64,000 bases of DNA from Lama glama (lineage: Eukaryota): NCBI GenBank assembly GCA_028534125.1, contig CM052816.1, forward strand, positions 97,590,001 to 97,654,000, in the 5' to 3' direction. Under the pieces are notes generated by a model, which was not told the origin of the DNA, searched no databases, and saw only the letters and a list, made by a program, of their open reading frames with translations. Shown piece after piece: positions 11,726 through 23,500 of this stretch (position 1 is its first letter; each line of letters starts with the position of its first letter). The position numbers were made by a program, and so were the translations under genes.

Positions 11726-13934
11726 ATTTCTTCTTGGTTCTTTTTAGTAGAGGACCTTGTTTTTGTTTTTAAGAAAATAATAACTTGACATTCTTCCGTG
11801 TATATATAAAACAAAACTTCAGCCAAGTCCCCTGTTGTTGGCAGATTGCTTGGTGAGATTCTGCGGTTATGACTCCAAAGGAAGCCGACTGTAAGCATCC
11901 TGGATGCGGAACGCGGGCCTGCTCTTCCCCCGAGGGAAGCCTGGGGCGTCCTTCTGGGGACTCTCCTCACCGAATGTGAGGCTGTCCCAGGTCTGCTGGG
12001 GGCCGCACCTCCCCTCTCCTCCTGAAAGTGGGGCCACGGCCCCAGGGCCTTCTGGGAGAGCCACCCCTCCTACTCCCTGCCCCTAGCGTGCCTGTCCCAC
12101 TGAGGAAGGGACTCTGAACCACGGGGGCCTCTGCCTGACCTCGCACCTTTCTTTATATGTAATGGTCATGTTTCCTTGTACATTCCCTCTGGCATGTGGC
12201 ATTTGAATTCCCTTATCACTGGCTTAATTTTCTCTGTGGGCTCCCCAGAGTGCTTCCTTTTAAGGGGTGTTTTGCTACTTTGAGATTACAGAGTACAAAT
12301 GAAAACTATGTGACTCCTTGCCGCCTATGATGGAAATCAGCCCTCTGGTGAGCCTCACTTGGGACTGTAGAAGGAGGCCCTTCTCCCAAGGACTTGCACC
12401 CTTTCCAGTTAGGGCCTCCAGGCCCTTTCTAGATTTTACGCAGAGATCCGCTGAGTTCCACCACCTTCTCTAAGGTTTTCTAAAAGGAAATAAAATAGGT
12501 AGTTTAATAAAATTCTTGGCCAACTCCTTTATGTATTTGCTTTGAACTACTTAACTCTGTAAGACATCTTGAAAGAGTCTAAAGATGACCACCGACTTTA
12601 TGTAAAAGAGATTACTTTAATAAGAGCAATAGTGTATGATACGCATTAAGTGCTAAAATGTGCCAAACACTAAGTGCCTCATGTATAGCAACCTACTCCA
12701 TCCTGCCAGCCGTCCTCTTATCGTCAGCGTTTACCGCGGGGGAAACAGAAGCCGCCGCCTGTGAAAGGCGAACTCTGAGCTGGGTTGTCTTGTTCTACTT
12801 GCTCTTCAGACATGATGCTCCCCCTGAATTTAAGCCATACGGAGGAGATGTCTCCTGAGACAAGAGCTTCGTTATCATGCAGCGTATCATCTAATAATTC
12901 TTCACCATAACGCCCCGCCCTTATTTCTAACCAGCTTCCACGTAATAAAGATTGTCTCCATCATTGATGTGTGACCGATGGCTTCTTTCCAGAGCTCACG
13001 AGACCTTTCTTCCTTTGCCCACGTCTGGACAGGCGGATAGGAAACCCCACATTTGCACCTCATCCTTAAGCACTGGTGGGAAATTTAAACCTCCTGCACA
13101 TGGGAACGTTTCCCCAGTCCCACCCCCGAGGAGCCACCTAAGTTGAAACTTTCCTTCCTCCTCGCCTAAGCCAGCCTGCAGCGGGTGTGCCTGCCTGAAT
13201 CTTCCCCCAAATTCTCTTGATGTATAGAGTAGCCCGAGCCCCAGCACTCAAACCAAGTTTTGGGCAAAGGGTCCATCTATCCTCGTGGAATGACCACAAA
13301 ACATTGACAGAATTTTAGTTTGACCTAACCTTATAATTATGCAAAAAGATTATTGTCTCGTCATCACTTATAATTATGCAAAAAGAATGAACTAAGGCAG
13401 ATTGAGGTAAGAGACACGAGAGGTTACTATCCCAAGACTGCTCGTTATTACAATTCTCTCCAAACTGCGTTCTGTGAACTCTATTGTTCCAAATCCTAGG
13501 TCTCTATACATCCCTTGGTCTTTTTGTTATGTTTTTGTCTACTTATTGCTGCAGTGTCCCAGGTGTGGAGGCAAAGGTTACAGGGCAGTCATAGCCCACC
13601 TTGCCTCGCGTGGCTGTCCTCTGCCACCAGAAGGCCAAAGCTCACAAGCCGGTGGGTTTATCAGTGGAGAACACCTGCACAGTTTTTTCTTCCAAAGGAC
13701 TCCAAAATAGCCAGAAAAGAACATTAGTTTCTAAAATAAATAACAAGGAATATGTGATGGATAATCTCTAATCTCATTAAATGCCTCTATCTTCAATATC
13801 ATTAGGTAGCACCTGTTTCTCACCAACATGAAACTCTCCCAGAACTGCAGCTTCGTGTATCCAACAGTCTGCTCTTCATTTACACTTGGATCTTGAAACA
13901 AAAGTTGTTGATTGTCCCTAAATATAAATGTTCA

Positions 13935-14305
13935 GTTAGAGAAACCCCTAGGCTGTAGCTGGGCAGATGGACATCCACCCAAGGACACACATCCCAGCTT
14001 CCCTTGCAGGGAGCTGTGGTCGTGTGACCACATGTGGTGACGACATTCAGGCAGGTGTGATGGAGCTTGCCCTCCACCCCTTTCCTTCCTACAACACAGA
14101 CCCAGAAGGAAACACTCGAACCCCCGAAGGACGGCAGAGCAAGAAAGGAGGAGGAGCCTGGTCCCTGGGCTGCCTCACAGAGCACAGCTGCCCACTTTGG
14201 ACTCTCAGCCTACCCTTAGGACCCCCTAGGCCACCTCTGAACTGTTATTTGTGTCCAGTAGGCAGAAGCATCCAAAATTGCTCCTCCTTTGGGCTGCCAT
14301 TTTGT
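13935..14305 (+). mobile_element. MaLR LTR (MLT1J-like) nested in L2 fragments
   Basis: CCCAGCTTCCCTTGCAG..AG.TGTGG.C.TGTGAC and GGAGCCTGG.TCCCTG motifs. L2-like sequence on both sides (13830-13930 and 14330-14590). Confidence 0.6.
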
Positions 14306-15012
14306 TAACAGTATTTTCATCCACCTGGTGGCTCAAGCTGAAATTTGGGACGTGGTCTTTGCTTTATGACTCACTTTTGGTGGAATTATATACTCGATCC
14401 AAGCCACCATCATCCATGCCTTCATGCTTCAGTGGCCTGCTAACTATCCTTCCATCCTCAAATCCATTCTCCACTCAGCAGCCAGAGGAATCTTCCCAAA
14501 ACACCTAAATCCAGTTGCCGTTTCCCTGTAAACCCTCTGATAATTTATGATTTTCCTTCAAATGAATCTAAATGCCTTACTCTACCTTACATTGGTGTGG
14601 ATTTTTGAGATGCTAAAATCGTGTGCAGAGAGGATTAATTATAGGTAATTTGGTTATAAAGTGATATCCAAATGAGTAAGGATGATACATTTTAAAAATT
14701 AAGTTTAAAAAAACCATATTTTAAGTTCCAATTGTAGATCTACCTATGCTATTAATAACACTGACAAAATAAAAACAATCACCTCTGATAATATGACTAT
14801 AATTGCTGTTGGACTAGCTCACATCCTGCCCTCACTAAACTCCCTTAAATGATTCATCATTTGCAAATTTATTTAGTTGAATTTCCTTAAAAATTTAAAC
14901 TGTGTTCATAAAATTAATGATTTATATTCACTTTAAGTAGTCCCAACACTTTGGCAAGTTTGGGACCAGACCAAGTACAGTTGTCCAAGAATTAGCGATG
15001 GTGTACCTAATA

Positions 15013-15233
15013 CGGGCACAGCAAATTCTGACCCGTGGGCCACACCGTCTTGCTGCGGTTTTGTAAATAAAATTGTGTTGGAACACTAGCACATCCATTT
15101 GTTTATATATTATCAACAGCAGCTTTTTAGGTCCAATGGTAGAGCTGAGTAGTTGAAAAAGAAACCATACTACCTGAAAAGTGTCAAATATTTACTATCT
15201 GGCCCTTTGCAGAAAAAAAATTGCCAACACTTG
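15013..15233 (+). mobile_element. MER58A-like hAT DNA transposon
   Basis: TTTTGTAAATAAAATTGTGTTGGAACAC..GCAC..CCATTTGTTTA and AAATATTTACTATCTGGCCCTTT.CAGAAAAA..TTGCC. Confidence 0.85.
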
Positions 15234-15729
15234 ATCTAAGATATTGAAATGATATATAAAGTCAATCGTGAATGGTCCTAAATATTCTTATACTTGTCAC
15301 AAACTAAATCAAATCCTCTTACCACAATTCAACTTACAATGACAAGTCTAACATTTTGACACACACTAATCTTGTCCCAATATTTTATTCTAAGAAATTG
15401 CAAACATACAGGGAAGTTAAAGAATTGTACTCATCACCCTGCTTCTACATTTAACATTTTGTTATATTTGTTTTGTCATATTTCTGGCCATCCATCTATC
15501 CTTTTGTCTATCCATAAGTTCCCCTCTCTCTTTTTAATCTTTTGGTGTATTTCAAAGTTACAGACTAGTAAATTTTACCACTAACCACTTCAGCGTGTGT
15601 ATCTTTAAAGTTCAATACATTTTGTGGTTCTTTTTCCTTTTAATTTGCACACTAGAATGCACATTTATTAAATATACCATTTGAAAGAAATAAGACAGAT
15701 ACACACATGCTAATTTGGAGGGTTTTTAA

Positions 15730-15894
15730 AATTTTTTATTTCTTTTTTTTTCTTTTTTTACATTTTTTATTGATTCATAATCATTTTACAGTGTTGTGTC
15801 AAATTCCAGTGTTCAGCACAATTTTTCAGTCATTCATGGACATATACACACTCATTGTCACATTTTTTTCTCTGTGATTTATCATAACATTTTG
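15730..15894 (-). mobile_element. Young L1 3' end (camelid-type) running into an assembly gap
   Basis: Poly(T) followed by ATTGATTCATAATCATTTTACAGTGTTGTGTCAAATTCCAGTGTTCAGCACAA. Confidence 0.8.
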
Positions 15895-15994
15895 NNNNNN
15901 NNNNNNNNNNNNNNNNNNNNNNNNNNNNNNNNNNNNNNNNNNNNNNNNNNNNNNNNNNNNNNNNNNNNNNNNNNNNNNNNNNNNNNNNNNNNNN
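15895..15994. other. Assembly gap (100 N)
   Basis: Run of N. Confidence 1.
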
Positions 15995-16279
15995 CACAAT
16001 ATTTGTCAAATGCATAAAACTGTGTAGATATCATCATAATCGAGGTCAGAGAATTTCCATCCCCCCAAATTTCCTTCATGCTGCTCCTTTGCGTTAACTC
16101 TCCCCTCAGCCTTTGGCAACCGCTGATCTTCCTTGAACGATTCTCCTTCCTGTTGGATCTCTGCCTTTACAGCTTTGTTGCTTTCAGAACGTCACATATA
16201 AAATGCACATTCTATGGTGATCACCATCCAGAGAAGCAGCTTTCTCCGAGCTCTGAGCAACGGTGAGGCGCACAGTTGA

Positions 16280-16480
16280 GCATCGGAATTCCTCACGTCA
16301 TATCCCAGCTCTTACTAATTATGTGACTTGGGTGGTTCCTTCTCCTCCCCATGACTCAAGTGTCTTCATCTGCAAAGTGGGGATAATAATAGTATCTACC
16401 TCACTGGATCATCTCAGGAGCTAAATAAGGTAACAATGCACACGAGGGTCTGGTAGTGACCACCGACACCCGCTAAGTGC
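16280..16480 (+). mobile_element. MIR SINE
   Basis: ATCCCAGCTCT..TGTGACTTGGG...TTCATCTGCAAAGTGGGGATAATAATAGTATCTACCTCA core. Confidence 0.85.
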
Positions 16481-17159
16481 TGTGGAGTCCTGCACATCAT
16501 TACCGTAAAACCAATCTGTCTGGTTTCCTAAAATGCCAGACTCTCCTGAACATTTCCTATATTTTAAATAGCTGGTATCTATACATTATTTCTAAACTTA
16601 ACACCCAATATTGATGCAGACTTTATTTCATCATCTTCACATTTCACTGGGAACACTTCTGAGATGAGAAAGACACTTATCTATGACAGAAACAGTTTTA
16701 CCTTTGCTAGGTAAAAGAGGATGGTCCTTTCTTAAGAGCCAAGGGTACTGACAGTCAAGGGTACTTTGAGGCCAGGACATGGGACATGGAACGTCACGCA
16801 TCCTGGGCTATGCCTCTGTACCACTGATGGGCACGCTGCCCCATTTTATAATCCTCATGACAATTATGGTTCTTGCAGAGGAATTTGATGAGGTTCAATG
16901 TCTTTTGGATTAAAATTACTCCTTGGTCTAATTCTTCCGTAACTCATTTTACTTTTACCATCTAAGTTGGATAGTTGAAATTCAACAATGTCACCACCCT
17001 TGATTATGAATACTTTCCTTCAGTGATTTTTACTTTCTGGTGGAATCCTATGTATATCTGCCATCTTACAGATGCTCTAACAATCTGCTTATTTCTGTGT
17101 GTTTGTAAGACCAGAGCACTCTACCCTTCTCCCACCACCCTGGCCTCACCATCCTACAC

Positions 17160-17576
17160 CAGTGACCTCCCTTCTCACCCACCTTTCCCAGGCGCTACTT
17201 CAGTAAGGAACCAGTTTGTTCCTCTCAGCAGGTCTCATCTCTTCAGGCCACTGGCTCCACACAAAATGCTCTTCTTCTCGATTTCTATTCATACGACTGG
17301 TTCCTTCTCACCACTTGGGTCTCAGCTGTGATGTCCACCTTCAGAGACGACTGTCCTGACCTTGCAATAAAAAGTACCCCCAAGTCATGCTGCATGGGAG
17401 CCCATTTTCTCTTTCCTTTTGGATTCTGTATTTATTCCCCATTTTTCTCTTTTCTTTGCATGATATCTGTGAAGGCCAAGTCTGTACATTCATTGCCTGA
17501 TTCCTGGAACCTAGAACTGAAGAGCAATGCCTGGAATGGAGTACGTACATCGGGCACACTCAATGACTCAACAATA
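17160..17576 (+). mobile_element. L2 3' fragment; its terminal GAGTGAATGAATGAA resumes at about 18006-18020 after the retrocopy
   Basis: Degenerate L2-like sequence ending GCCTGG...CACTCAAT, with the (TGAA)n terminus displaced past the RPL23A insertion. Confidence 0.6.
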
Positions 17577-17594
17577 CTCATTATCTGATGCACC
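17577..17594 (+). pseudogene. SNORD4A: 3'-terminal fragment of C/D box snoRNA SNORD4A (box D plus closing stem strand)
   Basis: CTCATTATCTGATGCACC versus recalled human SNORD4A end CTCGTTGTCTGATGCACC (16/18). Box D CTGA at 17585-17588. Lies 86 nt upstream of the AG at 17679-17680. Confidence 0.75.
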
Positions 17595-17991
17595 TGGGCT
17601 CTTCTGGCCTTGGGCTCCAAAAGAAGGACCATCTTTGTAGTGGGCCCACGCCAGACGACTCCATTTTGCCTCACCCCAAGGCTTGACCACTATGCCATCA
17701 TCAAGTTCCCCTGACCACTGAGTCAGCTATGAAGAAGGTAGAAGACGACAACACACTTGTGTTCGTTGTGGGTGTCAAGGCCAACAACCACCAGATCAAA
17801 CAGGCTGTGGAGAAGCTCTATGACACTGACGTGGCTGAGGTCAACACCCTGCTCGGGCCTGATGGAGAGAAGAAGGCGCGTGTACAACTGGCTCCTGACT
17901 GATGCTTTGGATGTTGCCAACAAAACTGGAGTCATCTAAACTCAGTCCAGCTGGCTAATTCTAAAAATAAAAATTTTCACTATAAAAAAAA
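17577..17991 (+). pseudogene. RPL23A: Semi-processed RPL23A retrocopy: SNORD4A 3' end, retained intron 2 remainder, spliced exons 3-5, poly(A)
   Basis: 17682-17939 encodes [85 protein letters not shown], i.e. the uL23/RPL23A C-terminal half with two frameshifts (near 17710 and 17900). AATAAA at 17966-17971, A-tail at 17984-17991, TSD TGACTCAACAATA at 17564-17576 and 17993-18005. Confidence 0.95.
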
Positions 17992-19993
17992 GTGACTCAA
18001 CAATAGAGTGAATGAATGAAGTGAAGATTTGCTTGGCTTTGATCTTATTTGATGGAGCAATGTTCCAACCCTTACTGTTGCTAACATTTCTCACAAAAGC
18101 AAAGGCCAATCTAAATAATGCGTCTGACATTCAGATCTGGTTGAACCATGTCTATTTAAAGGCTGTGCGGTTGAGGAAAAGTCTTTTTTTCCTCCTGATT
18201 GAAAAATGTGATTGTCTCCTTGTCTGAGCTGTTCTAGGACAGAGGTTTAAGTCTCTGCCACAGCCCAGGTGGCTACAGTGACTCTCATCTGGGCTCCACC
18301 TCCTTGTGTGTTTCTCCTAGAAGATGGCCTTTGTCCACGTGGGTAAAAGGCTTTGAAGTGGAAATGAAGGGGGACCTGGTGAACCTAGCCCAGGACAATC
18401 TGTGCCAACCACTGGAACCTGAACGATAAGTGATGCCAATTACAGCACTATCAGGCCCTGCCGGGGGGATGTTAATAAGGCAACACGGCAGAGCCGCGCA
18501 CTGTCTCAGCCGCTGTCCACGTTCGTGGGAAAGGGAACTTGCAAACTTCAAGCAGTGAGAGATATAGACATAGATACACAAATAGACAGGGAGAGAGCTG
18601 AGAACAGACAGAAAACACTAGAAAAACAAGTAAAACCAAAAGAAGCAGCTGTAAATCAAGAACATGAATGTTGGGTATTGGTTGGAGGGGCAGGTGACTG
18701 TGTTTGTTAAAGAACCTCAAAGTCACATCACCCTAAGATAATTTCAGATGTGGGGGCTAATGGAATTTGAAACCCTGCCTGTATTCCTCATGCTTCATTT
18801 CCATTTGGTTATAGGACATCTTCAGGGAGGTAAGGACCAGCTGTGTCCAGCACTTGCTGGAGACATAGTGCTTCTGTGATTTCAGACGGTGGGAACTGGG
18901 CATAATTTTGAAACTGATTGTCACCAGCTGACCCCCGAGGACAAGGCACAGTGCAGCTGAGCATGTGGGCAAAGGTGGCGCCGTTGTTTCAGGGGTGCTG
19001 TGTTGGGGAGGAAAAGAGAGTTTCCAATTACTGTTTGCACCGTGACAGTAATTGCAAGCCCCTGCTCCAGAAAGACTCTCCCTCCAAAGACTTGACAGGC
19101 CCTTCCACTCCTCAGCACCAGAGCAGCCCAGGAAAGGGGTCCAACACACCAGGGGGACTGCGGGCATCAAAGGAAGTCAGAACTCTGGTTAGGGCGTCAC
19201 CAGATCTCAAAACTAAGTCAGAGTACAAAAGAGTTTTGTTTTCTAAACTAAAGGTAAAAATCCATAATAAAATTACCAGACATCTTACACCCATTACCAA
19301 TGGGCCTATTACCAAACTATACTCCATTAATTACCTCTAAAGTTAAACATGAACCCCAAGCAGGTATCCTTGGGCAGCAGAAAGCTGACAGTTTGCAGAT
19401 GAAAATGCATCTAGGTATGGAGCTGGGTGAACCTGAACCGTCTTAAGTATGAAGGTAGAGATCTCTGTGCCCCACCCCCGAAATTTTCCATTTTTCTCAG
19501 GCTTTGAGCTTGCAATAGCATGAAAGAAAAACAAAGTTTTTTTGTGTATCAAATCAAAAAACGTTACAGCAGTGGGCGGGGGCTTCTATGTCAATAATGT
19601 TAAATGTCATTAGAGTATTAAACTGAATAGTTCATTCTCGTCTATCAATTCACAGCCCTCTGGCCCGACAGTAATCATGACATAGAAATAAGGGAACGTC
19701 ACATCTTCCTTTGTGAATTTAGGGGTCAGAATTCAGCAGGCTTCCCTTCTCCTCTGGGCATTTTGTTCCCATGGTAACAAAAGCAGTTCCCGCCCTGGGG
19801 TTTTGTCAGTGGGGTCTGCGCTGCCCTCTTTCTCTCCTGCAGGTGGGGGCCTCATTCCCGCCTCGCCCCCAGCACAGTGCTCAGCACCCAAATGATTCCT
19901 TGTTGAATCAATGACTAGGAACAAATGGCTGTTTTGCAGTGCAGTGCCTGTGGCCTGCAAGGACAAAGAACTTTAAAAATTCAATCACAGCAG

Positions 19994-20571
19994 TGTTACT
20001 GGAAAGTAGGCTCTTGTCTCCTTTCAGGAAGAATTCAGAGATGGAGTTCAGGAAAGGAAAGGGTTTATTGAGTGACAGGACGCTCTCAAGGTGAGGCGGG
20101 CAGGCCCCGTGAGTAACTGCCCTGAATCTCTTTGGCAAGCTGGTTACATAGGGTGTAAAAATGAATGGGTGGAATATTCATTGGGGAGGGAGGGGCTTGG
20201 GGTCCAATTCTCTGGTTTTCATCCCAGATCCGCCTTCCCATTGGAGGAGGGACTTTTGTCCTTATTTAGTCTTGATTGGAAGTGTCCTGGCATCCATGCA
20301 TGATGGATACTCCTAATCTGCAAGGCTAATTTTATTGAAATGAGGGCATAATAAGCAACAGGATACATTTGGATTCAGGCTATTCTTCCCTTTCCCCACC
20401 TTTCTTTGTCTTCCTCCAGGACACTTGTCACCCCAAAATGTGTGATTACCTACCAGCCCAGAGGTTCCTGCTTTTCTCTTGTGCCCCTTGTTCACAAGAT
20501 GTAGGGTTTCCTGCCCTTTGTCCCATGCTCCCCTCTCTCTGCTTCTATCTAGCTATCTGCCTGCTCCAATA
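19994..20571 (-). mobile_element. Solo ERV LTR (ERV1-like)
   Basis: Minus strand runs TATTGGAGCAGGCAGATAGCTAG ... ATGAATATTCC ... AATAAA (near 20063-20068) ... TGAATTCTTCCTG..GGAGACAAGA ... GTAACA. Candidate 4-bp TSD GCAG/GCAA. Confidence 0.85.
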
Positions 20572-23500
20572 GCAAAAAAAGGAGTAAAATCTGAGAAGAT
20601 ATTGGAAGAACACGAGTGACCACATTCGGAGCTGCCCGGGGGCCTGGAAGAGGTGGCTCTCGCCCCGTGGATGGCGAAGACACTGCTAGCCTAGCCACGG
20701 ATGAATGGTGCTTATTTCCTCGGGGCTCTGAGATCAGTCCTCACTGCCCTTGGCAACCCCCTCACCTGCCCAGACACACCCCGTGGCCACAGGGGTGTGG
20801 GGTAGGCTAGGGAGGCACTTAAGGGGGCTGCCCACATGCTCCTCTCAAGTGCAATTCTAGTCCCTAGGGAACAGCAGGCTGCTTGGTCCTAAGATAAATA
20901 ATTATAATAAAGCATTGGGTTTTCCATAGAGGGCAGGGCAGTGTTGCAAAGTCTGCCTTCCCTGAGCCACACGCCCAAGGCTTTGCCAGTGACGTGAGAG
21001 CAGCGCTCAGTCTTCAGTCCTACCTGGCTCGAGCAGGAGGGGCAGGGGCTGGAGGCTGCGGGGAGGGGAGGGTGGGTGGGGGGAAACTGGTGTTTTCTGC
21101 CCCAGCCTAGCAGTTGTAAGATACAGAATGAAGCCATTCTAGCCAGCTCGGAAGACCTAAGATGTACAGCATGCTACCCACACAATTATGAAACAGCCGT
21201 GGCTCTCATCTAGGGGAGCAGTCGCGTCCCTCTCACTGTGTTCACTCTGGTCCACCAACTCCCCGCACCAGATGTTTTTAGGTCACATGTCCATTTTTAT
21301 GGAAAACAGTCCTAGGTGCTGAGACATGGCTGCACGTGTCGGTAAATGGGTCACGTGAAATTCAAACGACGAATCCCTCCTACCAGCTCAGCAGAGAAGC
21401 AGTAGCCGGGAGCATATCTTCGAGAGGGCTACGGTTACAACACCATTTGAAATGCTGCAGATCATCTTTGTGGGATCTCGCTCGTAAACGCACATCTGGC
21501 CAGTTGTCCTTCAGTCAGCAGCTCCATGCTTGCCATTTCAGTCTGAAGGTTTGCAGATGCTTAGAAAGGAACGCTTCCCTTCACTTTGTTTCACAGAACA
21601 AGCAGGACTTCTGAGGACTTGGTGTTGAGCCCTCTCCCGGCCGCCACGGGCACAGCCCTGTCCTTTCCTGTGTTTCTCCAGCTGCAGGATCTCTGCACTT
21701 GCTCTGCCCTCTTGCTCAGGTGAACACCCCTAGACCTTTACACGGCTCCGCCTCAGAATTCCAGACCTATTGCTTTTGTCATCTACTTGGACAGACCCTT
21801 CCTTGTCTCCCAAATAAAATAGCCCTCACCCACTCCCACTCTCCAGTTACAGCCCTAGATTTTCTCAGCGCACTTGCTCGCTGCTGGGGATATCTACTTG
21901 TTTCCTTCACCTTCCTGGATAGAAAAGCTGCTCCTGGGAAGGCAGGGCGCCCTGCGCACCACTGAGTCCCTTGTGAGGGCGCAGGACGGGATGCTCAATG
22001 TACTTAGAAAGAATTCCAGGATGGAAGGATGTAAATGCTTCCCTGAGACCTGCCTGCTCCCCGAGCATCCTCATGGCTCTCACATGCAGGGCTACCTACT
22101 CCCCTTTGTTTCTGGAGGGAGGAAAGTCTAGTTTCAGGGACACTGATGACATAAGGAAAGTGGTTTCATTACAAGCAATGCAAACACAGCCAACTTTGAG
22201 GTTCTCAGAATAGTTTATGATGGATTTTGGACCCTGCCCCCACATCCCAACACTTACATGTACGAGGTGACCTATAGCTTAACTAAAATGAAAATGATGA
22301 AGGGATCTATGGGGCTGGTCAGACTGGCCTCTCTTTTTTTTTTTTTACTCTTTTAAAAGCTTTCAAAACAATGGGGAAAAATCAAATAGTGCCAATCACA
22401 AAATAACTCTTTCCAGAGTGACAAGTCCATGAGAAAATACCTAAAAATGGTTCTTTGCTGAGATTGCCCTGAATTCCCAGGATGAGTCACCAGGAAAGGG
22501 AACCAGTTTTCTGTTAGTTCTCCAAGAGGTAAATATTAGCAACATTAGTGAAATTAAACAGACATGCTGTCACCAAGGGATTGTTGATTTCCACTCCCCT
22601 GATAGGTAATGGAATTGATCCAAGATTCTTCAGAATAGCAGGCAACTTCAACAAAACCCGTGGGTGCTCCATGGCCGTATCAGTGAACACTCCTCACTGG
22701 TGCTCCCGTTAATGACCTATTCTTTGCAGTCTCCTAAAGGAGTGTTTGCTGTCTGTGCTGGCAAACCTAAAACAGCATGCGGAAATGATTTTAATTCTCT
22801 GCTCTGAGTTGACCTGTTGCTCAGCTGGGCAAAGACCACACTCTTTTGATGGCTGAAGTAGGACCTCATTCTCTGAGTTAAATAACCCACAGGTCAAGAC
22901 TTACCTCCTGCCACTGACTTTTTGTGTTTGGCTTGTAAGTTATTTATTGCTTAAAGTTCTTCATATTCACTCCTGAAGAGCCATAAGCTTTTCCTTCCCC
23001 TTTTCCCCTACTCTATCCCCTTTCTAGCATTTTCTCTTACTGCAATTGCCTTTGGCCATCAAAAATGGATATATTGTTTTCCAAAATGAAAGCTAAAGAA
23101 GAAAGCAACATTGGAGTACAGATCAGTGTCTTTTTTTAAAAAAAAAAAAAGGGAATGCCAAGGAGAAGAGAAAAAACTAAACCACATTTGTCAGCAGAAT
23201 TCATACAAGAGATTACATCATGTTTTAAAGAGGATCCTTTTCTATAAATGAAATCACTTGGCCAGGACCATTTTCCCAAATATGTAGAAAATGTACACAA
23301 AGGGATTGCCAACATAATATTGTAATGGGGGTTTCTGGAATGCAGTCAAGTGTTGTTATAAAAATAGGACACAGTGTATAAAACAACACTATCTAATTGT
23401 GGGCACAAATAAAAGACACTTCCCAAAACAATACGAAGAGGATGAAAGACTATGGTTTTCCTCATTACTTGGAAGGGCATGGACCTGTCAAAGTTTTCCC

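Noticed and set aside
13330..13386. Repeat-spacer-repeat as CRISPR-like
   Set aside because: Only two repeats, mammalian context, no cas genes.
17577..17680. Idea that this is an inverted 5' part of the RPL23A mRNA
   Set aside because: The reverse complement does not encode the Lys/Ala-rich RPL23A N-terminus. The sense strand ends in a pyrimidine tract plus AG at the exon start.
17757..17939. 60-aa ORF as a functional retrogene
   Set aside because: Mostly out of the RPL23A frame; only the last 12 residues match, after a frameshift.
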